From the NCBI GenBank assembly GCA_017443965.1, contig JAFSXP010000079.1, positions 1 to 39,208 of the forward strand: 39,208 bases of DNA. The letters run 5' to 3'. The position numbers and the translations under genes are program-made. Origin of the DNA: Oscillospiraceae bacterium (GTDB lineage Bacteria; Bacillota; Clostridia; Oscillospirales; Oscillospiraceae). Below are positions 26,244 to 38,200 of the stretch, piece after piece. The notes beneath the pieces were generated by a model. The model saw nothing but the letters and a program-made list of their open reading frames with translations. It made no database searches and was not told where the DNA came from. Numbering within the stretch: position 1 is the stretch's first letter; each line of letters begins with the position of its first letter.

Positions 26244-29200
26244 TTACGTCAGCACGATACCGTAACCGCCCGCCATGTACTGGCGCAGCCGCAGCACGTC
26301 GCGCATGTTGATGCTGCCGTTGTGGTCGACGTCGCCATCTTCCTGATCGACCGTCACGCCGTAGCCGCCCGCCATGAATTGGCGCAGCCGCAGCACGTCG
26401 CGCATGTTGACGGTGCCGTTGCCGTCCACGTCGCCGGGCACGTAGATCCGGAACGTCGTCACGGCAGTCGCGCCGCCCGCCGTGATCGAGGCGGTCGCCG
26501 TGCCGAAAGCGGTGTTGTTCGCGTAGGCGATCTCAAGCTCGCCGCCGAGCCAGCCATCGGAATACTCGACCGTCGCGGCTGTGACCGGCTCGCCCGTGTA
26601 CCGCGAGCGCACCGCGCTGATCGTGGCGGAAGCCGTATGATCGCAGCGCGAGCAGATCTCGGTCAGCACAGCGCCCTCCGCGCTGTAGCTCAGATCGTGA
26701 CCGAGCGCGGCGATCGGCTTTGTCACGCGGCTGAGCTCCGCATGGCAGACCGAGCAGTAGACGACCTCGTCGTAGCTGCCCGCCGCCGTGCAGGTCGGGG
26801 CGATCTCATTCTCGCGCACCGCCGCGCCTGCCGTGTGTCCCATCGCCGGGATCGGCTTCGTCACGCGACTCAACTCCGCATGGCAGACCGAGCAGTAGAC
26901 GACCTCGTCGTAGCTGCCTGCCGCCGTACAGGTCGGAGCAGTCTCATTCTCACGTACCGCCGCATCCGCTGTGTGTCCCGTCGCCGGGATCTCGGCGTAC
27001 GTCGTATAGTCGCAGCGCGTACAGGTGTCATATGCCGCCCATCCGATCCCGGTGCAGGTCGGCACCTTTGCGTCGTGATGCACGAGATCATGCCCGAGCG
27101 CAGCCGTCTCATCCGCGACATAGCTGTCTCCGCAGCGGGTACAGGTGTAAGTCGTATAGCCCGTCGCGGTACAGGTCGGCGGCGTCACAACAGCCGCATA
27201 GTCGTGACCGAGCGCCTCGATCCGATACGGCGTACGGTCGCCGGAAGCGTTTTCGATGTAGACGATCACGTCTTCCGTGCAGTTGCCGACAGTCTCGCCG
27301 CCGAGCTCTTCGCCGCCGCTTGCCGCCGTCCACGCCGTGTAGCCGCTTTCGAGCGTCAGCGTTTCGGTGAGCGGATCGAACGAAGCGCCCTTCGCCTGCA
27401 GCGCGATCACCTGCACGTTGCCGGTGGCGTCGACCGTCACGCTGTCCGCGTAGGTCTGATACAGCGCCGCTTCCGCCGTGACGTCGTAACTGCCGACGTT
27501 CTTCAGGAACAGCACCTCGCCGTTGGCGTCCGTCTGCTGCGTCTCGCCGTCCAACGTGACGGCGGCATCGCAGATCGGCGTTTCCACGGCGTCCGTGATG
27601 CGCAGGTATGCCGAGAACATGCCGGAGCGATCCACGTCCAGACTGACGACTAACGGATCGTCAGTGAGCGCCGTGAACGAGAAACTGCCGTTTTTGCCCT
27701 TGTAGCCCACAGCGCTGACCGTCCAGCGGTACGTTCCGTACGGGATCGTCAGTTCGGCGACGCCGTCCGCGCCGCTGACGGCGCTGTGATCGCCGAACGT
27801 CACCGCGGCGCCGGGAACGCTGCCGCCGTTGCCGTTTACGATCACGCGCACCGTGCCGCCCGTCGCAAGCGCGACGCTCTCGGTCCTCGAAACGGCGCTG
27901 AAGGCCGCCGTGCCGCTCGCCGGCAGATAACCGTCCTTTGTCACGGTGTATTCGTATTCGCCCGGGAGCAGATTGATCGTCGCCTTGCCGTCCGCGCCGG
28001 TCGTTACGCTCTCGCCGTTGACCGTCACGGTCGCGTCCGCGGCGGCGACCCTGTCTGCCGTCACGGAGAAGACCGCTTCGATCTGCTCGCCGACGATGAC
28101 CGTGTAGGTGTTTCTTGTACGGCCGCCGCCGCTGACGGCTGTGATCACGACCGTGTGCGTGCCGTCGCCGACGCTGCCGCCGGCGGGAACCGCGCGGTAG
28201 CGTCCCAAAGACGTCTCGGTGACCGTCGCTGCGGTGCCGTCCACCGTTAGGACCGGAACTCCGTCAAGCGCGCTTTCGTCGTCGCTCACCGTGAAGATGA
28301 ACTCCTTCACGTCCGTGCCCAGCAGGATGTCGGTCTGCGGCGTGAGCAGTGTGACGACGGGGGCTGTGCTGTCACCGACCGCGGTCGTAACGGGAACGCG
28401 CTCGCTCTCCTCGCCGAGCTTTCCGTTACTGCCGATCACACGGGCATAAACGTAGCTGACGCCGTTATACTGCGGTATCAGGGCGGCGTCATAGCTGCCG
28501 TCCGCGTTCGCGGTGACGATCCCCTCAAACACGCCGGCGTCGCTCTCGTCTTCCGCCAGGAAGATCGCGACGGTCGCGTCGGGCTGCGCGGTACCCTGCA
28601 CGGCGATGGTGCCGTCCGAAGCGTTCCCGGCTTTCAACTCGGTCGCGCCGGGAACAGCGGTGTCAAGGCGGACCGTGACCGGTACGGTCAGCTCCCATCC
28701 GCCATTGACAGGCGTCCATTCATAGGCGCTGACGTCGGTATTGAAGCGATCCGCCACGATCCGGATTGTCACGCTGCCGGTGTAATCGCCGTCAGGCGTG
28801 TCCGCATCGGGATAGTAGTTCAGGATCATCTGTTTGCCGCCGCCCGCGTCGAGGGTGAAGACGCTTTCCGTCTCCGTGCCGTTTGCCGCAGTGATCGTCG
28901 GCGCAGGGATCGTCCGGTCTGCGCCGGTCAGCGCCGTGGCGCTGACGGTGACGTTCATGCCGGTGGTCTGTCCCGTCTCGTAGACCGACAGCGGCAGCGC
29001 CGCCTTCACGCCGCTTTCTCCGCTCTTGTCGCTGTACTCGCCCGCCAGTGCCGCGATATAGGGCATATCCAGCCCCGCCACAGCGCCGCAGTCCGGCGTA
29101 ACGACCGTGGAAAGATCAAAGGTCAGCTCGCTGTCGCCCGCGTTGACGACCGTGATCGTATAGTCGCCGGTGGCGTCGGGGATCAGGACAAAGTCGTCGT

Positions 29201-32200
29201 CACCGATGAGCGAAAGCTTCTGCTGCGTGCCTGCGCCGGTCACAGTCAGGCGGAGGTTCTCCTCGCCGGACAGTGCCGCCGCGAAGACGTAAAGCACAGA
29301 GCCGTCGGGTGCGGACACGGTCGCAGTCCGGCTCTCGCCTGCCGCCAGTGTGCCGCCGAGCGGCTGCGTCGCCATGGCGTTGGTCCTGAGGTACTCGACC
29401 GTCTTCTTCGAGCCCACGTTGAAATGCGTGACGTACGGTCCGAAGGTCGGCGCGATGGTCATGGTATCCGCTTCGGAGGCGGCGAAGGTGAACACGGCGG
29501 TATAGCCGCCCGCGTCGCGCAGGAGATTGATCGGTACGGCGATGCTCGCGGTGAAGTCCGCCGTTGCGCCGGCAGCAACAGTCTGAGTACCCATGCTCGC
29601 TGTGGTGACGAAGCCGAAGCTGTCGTAGATGTCCACAGTCGGGGCGACGGTGACAGTGCCCGTATGCCCGTTGTGGACGGAGATCGCCGCCGTGACGTAG
29701 TCGAAGTCCTTCGCATCGGTCACGAGATCGCCCACGTCTGCGGTCACGATCTCGATGGGCAGCTCGGGGTCGATCTTGCGCCAGCGTTCCATCGTCTCAA
29801 ATACGCTCTTGAGGTCGCCTGCGACAGCCGCCTCCTTGGAGAGCATGAGATTGGTCGTCGCAGCCAGATCTGCCGTCGCCTTGGAGAGGTTGAAGAGATT
29901 GCCGTCGTCCAGCGTATTCAGAGCGGTGGCGATCCCCTCGTTGCCGATGGAGAGCACGTTACCTGCCATGCCCAGCATCGTGCCGGTGACGACACCTGCA
30001 GGCGTAGCGGGCGCCACGCTCAGCGCCGTACCGATGAGGGACCAACTCGTCTCCGCCGCCTTGAGCGAATTGAGCTGATAACGGGAATCCACGTTCATCC
30101 AGCCCTCCGCCAGCAGGGAGTCGACGACCTGCTGCGCCTTGTAGAGCTCGCCGAGGGTGATCTCGTTCGTGGTCAGATCGTATCCGCCGCCGGAATACGT
30201 CCACAGGCTGCGGTAGCGCCCGACGCGGCTTGCCGGGATCGGCTCGCCGTTGCTCTGCCGCACCATGGCGCTGATGGAAGCGTTGAGTCCCTTCACGTAA
30301 TCCAGCAGCTGCGTGGAGGGATAGTAGCCGGTCAGCATATCCGGGTCGTTCAGGTAGCGGTCGATCATGCCGCTGATCTCGGTCAGCGTCGCGTTCGCCC
30401 CATTCTGGATGTTGTAGACGTTCGTAGCGGCACCGAGAGATGCCTCGGTCGCCGCGTCGAGCGTCAGGCGATAATCGCTCTTTCCGCCTGCGATCGTCAG
30501 CTTGCTGTAAGCCGCCTTGAACTTTGTCTCGTCGATCAGCTTCCGCAGTGAGAGCTTAACGATCGCCGTGGCAACGCAGCGGTACTTATCGGTCTTGCTG
30601 ACGCACTTGCCGTACTCGGCGCTGAAATCGGAAGTGAACTGTGTCTGATTGAACCACTCGTTGGCGGACGGATCGTTTCCGACCACGGTACGGACGATCT
30701 CGCCCGCAAGTTGTCCGTCGCTGATCTCGCCGCGCTCGAGCTTGCCCAGCACCGCGCCCACGGTGTTGACCATCTCGGGCGTCGAAGCGTTCACGCTCTT
30801 CAGGTGCGCGGCGTCGACGACCTGGAAGTCGCTCGCCAGCCACTTGAACGGGATCAGATAGAAGTTTGTCACCGTTTCGTTCCATGCGTTTCTGTTCTTG
30901 CGCAGGGCATCGAGTTTGTCCTTCGCGGAGCCGTTGGGGTCGTAACCGATGCTGGTAAAGATCTGCCTGGCTGCCGTGGAAAGCGCCTTGGCGTCGCTCG
31001 TGTAAGCTTCCTCACCGCTGAGAAGGTCGCTCATGCCATCCGCAGACTTCTGCATCGTGTCGACCTTTTCCTCCAGATCCGCCAGCCTTGTGAGCTGCGC
31101 AAGCGCGGCGACGACGTTGTTGATCTGCGGCGCGAGCATACTCTCCGCCTTCGCGAGATCCAGGTAAGCCGCCTCTTCCAGCTTGTAACGGTTCATCTGC
31201 GCCATCAGCCCGTCGCCGGAAAGCTCGTCGCGCTGCTTCGCCAGCTCCTCCAGCATGGGCTCGCGCAGCGCATGCGCTTCCTTCGCCAGCTCCGCCGCCT
31301 TCTCCATGTTGACGCGTGCGAGCTTGATCTTCTCGGCGCGAACGGCGGCGTCGGTGGTTTCCATGGCGGTGTTGACGTCATTGCAAGCCTGCGCCAGCAG
31401 CTCTGCCGCGGCGCTGATCTTGGCGCGGTAGGCAGAGGCGACGGCGCCGAATTTGAACATCGTCTGATTGACGTCGTCAACGTTCAGCAGCTCTTCCACA
31501 GTTCCCTGCCAGTAGGGAATGTCCTTGGGCACGAAGTTCACGATCCAGTCCATATCCTGCGAAAGGACTTCCATGGCTTTGCTGAAGTTGCTGCGATACG
31601 CATCGAGCTGTCCGAATTTGGTGGGCTCGAGTTTCATCTCACTGACGCCCTTGCCGAGATCGGAAAGGCTCGACCGCAGATCGACGTAGCCCTTGAGCGT
31701 CATGAACAGATTCACCAGCTTGCCGATGCCGGAATAGACTTCGCCGATGGAGATCGCCCGCTTGAGATTGGACGTGTAATCGTAGATGTCGCCGAGCGAA
31801 CGTCCCAGCTCGGACGCAGTCTTGTCCGTGAGCAGCGTCAGGTTGGTGCTCAGCTCTCCGAGCTCGGTCTGGATGCTCCGCAGGTTGTCTGCGGTGCGCA
31901 TCGTATTCATCTGCTCAAGCTGCATCGGTGCAACGATGACGTCCGCGCCGAGCGAGGACTTGATCGGCAGCGACGGCAACGCCGCCAGCTTGCCGAGCGA
32001 GAGCTGCTTCGCGTTGCTCATCTCGCCGATGATCGCAAGCTCGTAGGAGATCACGGCGGTATCGCCCGCGTGCAGTACGCTGATCTCCACGCGATCCTGC
32101 TCCGCAGTGACGCGGTTGCTCATCATCACGACGCCCTTCGTGCTGCTCACGCCGACGACGCGCATCTCCATGCCGTCCACGGCGGGGATGGTCGGGACGC

Positions 32201-35200
32201 CGATCGTGACGTTGTTGGCGTCGCCCGCGCCGAGATTTGTCACGGTCGCGGTCAGGAAGTACTTCCCGGACGCATCCTGCAGGAGATCGTAACTGACATA
32301 CAGCTTCGGCTTTTCCCTGACCTCGTATTCGCGCGCGGAGGTCGTGTAGCTGTATTCCTTGCCGTCGATCTCAAACGTCATCTCAAAGCGTGCGTAGACC
32401 TTACCGGAAGCGCTCTGCTTCGTGACATACTGCATCAGCGACTCGTCGTATTCTTCGATCCACCCGTAGTCGCGGATCAGCCGGTCGAGGCGGAAGCGGC
32501 AAGTGACCTCTGTCTCCTCGCCCGGTTCGATGCGTCCGCCGATGGCGTCGCCGTCCACGGTCATGCTGCCGCCCTTGCAGGTGATGTTGACGTTCGGCGT
32601 CAGCGGCTCGCTGCCCTCTTCGGGTCCGTCCGTCAGAACGAGGCGCAGCCTGACGTTCTCCATCGGGTGCATCTTCGACGGGTTCTTGAGCGAGAACTTC
32701 AGCGAAGTGATCTGTCCCTCATAGCCCACGGAGCCGGCAAAGCCGAAATCGACGGACACGTCCTCGTTGTCCTCGGGCAGATCGGGTACGCTCTGCTGGA
32801 GGCGGTTCAGGAAGCCGGTGCTGTATTTCATCTTGCTGACCGTGCCGGAGGCGGGATCGAACGCGGGATCGACCTGCACCTTTTGCTCGATGTCGGGATG
32901 GACGTCGTAGATGCTGCCTGCCTTGTAGCCGGTGTAGTTGCCGTCCGCGTCATAGGGATCGGTCTCGCCGGCGCTGACGTAGTAATCGGGCGCGACGTAG
33001 TGCACGCGCACGGGCACACGGGTCTCGATCAGTTCGCCCGTCTCGGCGTTGGTGCCGGAGGCGAGAATCACGAAATCGAACCAATACGGCTTTTCGCCGT
33101 AGAAGACCGGCACGCGGTCAGACGGCGGCGAAGACGTGCCGTCCTCCGCGACCGCAGTCCGGTAAATACCGGTATTGGTCGCGGCGTCGAAGCTCACAAG
33201 CGTGAGCGAGCCGACAGAAGCAGGATCGTTGGCAGCCAGATATGCCTTGCGCTGCGCCTCCGTCACGCCATCCGGGAAGCGAACGGCATACTCACCGGCA
33301 GTCTCCGTCGCGCTGACGTCGGCGATCAAGAAGAAGCTGTCGATATCCAGACTCCACACGACATCGAACACGCCGTTCGGCTTGACGGTGCCGATGTTTT
33401 TCACGGGGCTGAGCGATCCGCCCGTGCTGATCGACACCGCGCCGGTTGGGATATCGGTATCGAGATCGGTGATACGGACCGTCACGCCGCTGACGCTTTC
33501 CGCCGCGTGCTCGGGGTTCATGAACGACACTTTGCCGATCATTTTGCCGCTCTGATAGAAGAACTCCTTCTCATCGCCGACGAAGTTGGGCACGAGCGAC
33601 GTCTGATTGCCGTCCGCAAGCAGCTTCGCCTTGAACGTGAGGTTGTTGTAATTCGGCGAAGCGGCGGTGGCGCTGCGAAGCTCTTCCATGGTCTCCTCGT
33701 CCACGCTGAACGTGAACAGGCTGCGCTGCAGCGTCACAATGCGCGGCGTCCTGTCAATGAGCGCAGCGATGGCGACGGTCGTCTCCAGCGTGCTGTGATC
33801 GGCGGCCGTGACGGTGAGGCTGTAATCGCCCGCGGGGATATTCTCGAACGTAACAAGACCGTTTTCATCGCTTGTCTGTCCGAACACGACGGGATCGAGC
33901 TGCTCGTCGAGTCCGACAAGCGTCATCTCGGCGTTTTGCAGTAGCGTGTTGTCCTGATTGCGGATCTCGAACACGGCGGTGCCGATCATGCCCGCGCCGA
34001 CCGAAACCTTGATCGGTACGGTCACAGGCTCGCTGAGCGACGGCGAGGTGATGGTCACCGTGCCGTCATACACGCCAGTCAGGCAGGAGTCGGTAGGCGA
34101 CGCCGTCGCCACGATGGACATGCTGCCCTGCGGGTCGCGGATCGAATAACCGCGGCTGACGGGCTGGATGACCGCCTCGGGATCCACGCCTGTCAGCAGC
34201 ACGAACGGCAGATCGGTCGAAGCCGATACGCCGGTGATCGGCGCTGTGCCGATGTTGGTCAGACGGATGACCGCGCTTGCCGCCGCGCCCTGCCGCAGAG
34301 ACATGGTGATGCTCGGCGTCTGCAGACCTTCGCTTTCCGCCTCGCCGCTGCCGATCACGTTCACACGCGCTCTTGCGACCGCACGCTCACAGGTGATCTT
34401 CACCGTCTTCGTGCCGCCGCCAGCGTTCACCGTGACGTCGTAGTCGTTCGGCGCGAGCGTATTCGACGCTGTGAAGCGGATCGTGACCGCCGCGCCGCTT
34501 TCCGCGGCAAGCGTGCCGTTCGGCGCCGAAACGATCTCGTAGGTCAGCCCGTCGGGCAGACCGCTGACCGTGACGCCGCCGATTTCCGTGGCGGTGACGC
34601 CCGGATTGTTGAGATAGCCCGCCAGCACGGCGTCGCTGCCCTGCACGACAGTCAAGCGGTCATCCACGTCCACGCTGACGCCGTCCACGTAGAACGTCAC
34701 GCGGTCGGAGCGCCGTTCGACGGCGCTGTAGGTCGCCGCCGCGCGGAGCGCGAATGCGCCGCCGACGCCCTCGGGCAGCTCGATCGCAGCGCTGTAGCTG
34801 CCGTCCGACGCGGTCACGGCATCGGCGCTGAAGCGTTCGCTGCCGACGGCTGTGACCGTCACCGCGGCGCCCGCGATGCCGGAGCCGTCCGTGTTACTGA
34901 CAAAGCCGGTCACAAGGACAGCGTCGCCGAGGCGGTAGCTCTGTTCGTTTGCATTATCCAGCGTCACGCGGAAGTCGTCGGCGACGGTAAACGCCGATTC
35001 GACGCTCTTCGTAACGCCGTCCTTTTCGGCGGTGAGACTAAGCGTATAAGAGCCGGTCTGCGTCATCACGGCGCTGCCGGTATACGTGCCCGTCGAGGCG
35101 TCGTAGCGCATCTCGACCGCGGTATCTCCGCCGCCCGCCTTGGTGATGACCGCGCTGAAGCTGTCCGCCTCGACCGGCAGATACGAAGCGTCGCTGGATG

Positions 35201-38200
35201 CGACCGACGCCGTGATCTCCACCGTGTCGCCGACGCAGTAGGAAGCGCCGTCCGTGCCGCCCGTCAGGATCAGACCGGAAGCGATCTCGATCGTCCTGAC
35301 CGCGCTCGCCGCCGAGCGATCCGCAAGGACCAGCTTGCTTTCGGCGTCCGCGTAGACGCGCATCGTGCAGCTCCCGCTGACCTGCGCCGTCCAGTCGATC
35401 GTGACCGGGGCGCTCTCGCCAGCCGCAAGCGCGCCGCACTCCGCGACGCCCACACGACTGCCGCCGACGTAGAGCACGACCTTGAACGGCTGCTCGATGG
35501 CGCGGTCGCCGCTGTTGCGAATGGTGACGACCGTTCTTGCGCTGTCGCCGTATTTTGCCGCGCCGGTGGTCGTGATATCGGTAATCTCGAGCTTACTGCT
35601 GCTGACCTTGATCGGCGCGGCAAAGCGCGTCGTTGCGATATTGTTGGTCTCGGAACGCTCGGCAAGGACCTCGCCCGCGTCGGCGACCGCAGTGATCGAC
35701 GAAACGGAGATCGCGGGATCCTTCCAGACGAAGCTGACCAGCGTGCTTTCGCCGCAGCGCAGCGCCGTCACTTCCGTGCTGCCGATGAAGCGGCTGTCGG
35801 CGTAGAAGCTGAGACGCGTCGCCTTTGTCGCGTCGCCCGCGCCGATGTTCTTCACGGTGGCGTACAGGACGATGTTCTGTCCCGGTGCAAGCGTCGCCGC
35901 GGTCATGCCGGTGTCGATCCCCGTCACCTCAAGGTCGGGATACAGGATCGTCAGCGACGAGTAGACCGCCGCCGCAGTATTGTTCTCCTCGTCCATCTCA
36001 ACAACGCTGGAGATCGGGCCGTCGGCAACGAACTTCAGCACATGACCGCCGCCGTTTTCCGGCTTCCACGTGAAGCTCACGTTTTCGCCGGCGCCTGCCG
36101 CCAGACCGTCGATCAAACGGGAGACGACAAGTTTGTCGTTATCGTACAGCAGGACCTTGAACGCCGGCGCTGCCGCCGTTCCGTTATTCCTGACGGTCGC
36201 GCTGACCGTGATCGGCGCGCCCCAGGAGACCGTATCGCCGTCGGTGACGGCTGCACTGAAGCCGGACACCGCCAGATCGGCAAAGTCCGTCTCGCTTCCG
36301 CTGAGCACGGTATCAAAGCGGTTGTTGTCGTAGTTGACTTCGCGGATATTGCGGCCGATGTCGTTGACGACGGCGCTGAGCTTCTGCGCGCCCGCCTCCG
36401 CCTTGAAATCAATGGACGCCGTCGCAGTCGAGCCGACCTCGAGGTCGCCGTTCATCTCGGCAAAGCCGATGTACTTGTCGTTGAGATAGAAGCCGACCAG
36501 ATAATACGCGTCCGCGCCCGTCGGCGTCAGACCGCCGGTGTTCGGCAGCGTGCCGTTCTGGATCGTCGCAGTCGCCGTGACCGTATCGCCCTTGTTCGGG
36601 CTGTCATTGCTGAACGCGATGTTGTTGATGAACAGATCGGGGCAGTCGGCGTTGACCGTGACCTGGATCTCCGAGAAGTAGTTGTACTCCGTCCTGCTGG
36701 ACGCGATGATCTCGTCCGTGACGGGATCGCGCAGATACGGCTCCGTGGACGACAGATTGCTGTCGGTCACGTAGAGCGACGCACGGTAAGTGCCCGCGTG
36801 CTGATACACGTGGGTGGGCGTCGGACCGTAGCCGCTTTCGCCGTCGCCGAAGTCCCAGACAAAGCTGCCGATATAGCCGTCTGTGTCATAAGAGCGGCTG
36901 CCGTCAAAGCGGACCTGCTGCCCCATGACTGCGTCGGTGATATCCGCGCCGGCGTGGCTGTACGGCAGATCGTTGACGGTCGCCTTGCCGGTTGCGGTGC
37001 TGATTAGGCTGCCGCCGTTGTCGTGAAGCTCCGCCGTGATCGTATAGGTCGTGCCGCGTGCCGGCGTCCAGTCGGTGCAGTAGACCGCCTGCACGGCATA
37101 CGGTATGATGTTTGCAAACGCGATCTCCGCGCTGCGGAACTCCGGCGTATCGCTGTCTGTCGGCGTCGCGGTGAACACGACGTACCCGCTGAGATTCTCC
37201 TTGCCGCGGTTATCGATCGTGGCGCGCAGCGTGATATCGCGGTCGCCGACGTCGGGATAGACACCGGTGTCATAGTACGCCGTTTGCTTGAGATACCAGC
37301 CGGTCGTGCCCTTGCCGAGCTGCACGGCGCCCGGGGTGTCGGGATCCGCCGCGACGTAGGTAAAGCGCGAATAATCCACGGCGCTGATGAACGCGGCGCT
37401 GCCGAACTCGACCGTGTAGTAACCGTCGGGATAACTGCGCGTCAGATCGTCGGCATAGCGGATGGGGATCTCGCTGACGATGTAGATGTAGCCGTAATCC
37501 TTCCAGTAGTTGCCCGGCGAGAGCGTCACGGCGTCGGAGCCGTCGGCGCGCACGCCGAACTTGACCGCGGCGATGCTGCCGCAGCCTTCGGGCTCGGGGA
37601 TCATAACGACCTGATAGCGCGCGGATACGTCTGTCTTCGGGCCGGCGGCAACGACCGTCATGGCGCTGCCGTCATAATCGGAAGTCACGCGGACGCTGTC
37701 CGGCACGTAGATGGGAACGCGGAGTCCGGTATCCAGATTCAGCAGATAGTCGCAGAAGCCGGTATCGCCCTCGTTGACGAGCGCGAGTCCTTTCTCTCCT
37801 TCCGATCCGGCGAGGACGCCGTCCTTGCCGATGATGCTGGTGTTGGCGGCGACGATCAGCGGGTTGAGTTGGACGCCCTTGTAATCCTTGTGCGTCAGCG
37901 TCGCCTTGAATTCGCGGAACTCGCCCTCATAGGGATCGCCCTCGGTGATCGGCATATTCCAGCGCACGATCCAGTAGCCGCTGACCTTGCCGGGCACAAG
38001 ATCCCACTCGCCCGTCTCTTCGTTATATTCGCGGGTGGCGGCGGGAACGTTGCCGAAGGACAGTTTGAATTCGCTGCCGCTGCTGCTGCCGAACGAACTG
38101 TCGAGGATCTCAAAGTCGGTGATCATGCCGCTCTGGTTGCTCTCGACCTTGAGCTGGCCGGAATTGATGTTCAGGTTCATCGCTTCGCCGTAGCCGTGGT

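Noticed and set aside
26262-26431. An internal near-identical DNA repeat of about 70 nt, spaced about 99 nt apart at the 3' end of the giant gene.
   Set aside because: It corresponds to the two duplicated Ca-binding segments that define every type-I dockerin, so it is expected and not a separate element.
26700-26990. The 138-bp near-identical repeat pair as a possible diversity-generating retroelement VR/TR pair.
   Set aside because: Both copies lie in frame inside the same CDS as adjacent protein repeats. The mismatches are scattered transitions, not adenine-specific. There is no reverse transcriptase or accessory gene in the window.
30711-33944. Very long plus-strand ORFs antisense to the giant gene: 1077 aa here, plus 26202..27653, 29424..30551, 36042..37007 and 37023..38918.
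   Set aside because: Their translations are dominated by R/A/G/D/V/L runs (RRRRR, HRRG and similar) with no motifs. Long mirror ORFs are expected opposite GC3-rich genes. The minus-strand frame carries clear PKD, CARDB and dockerin signatures.
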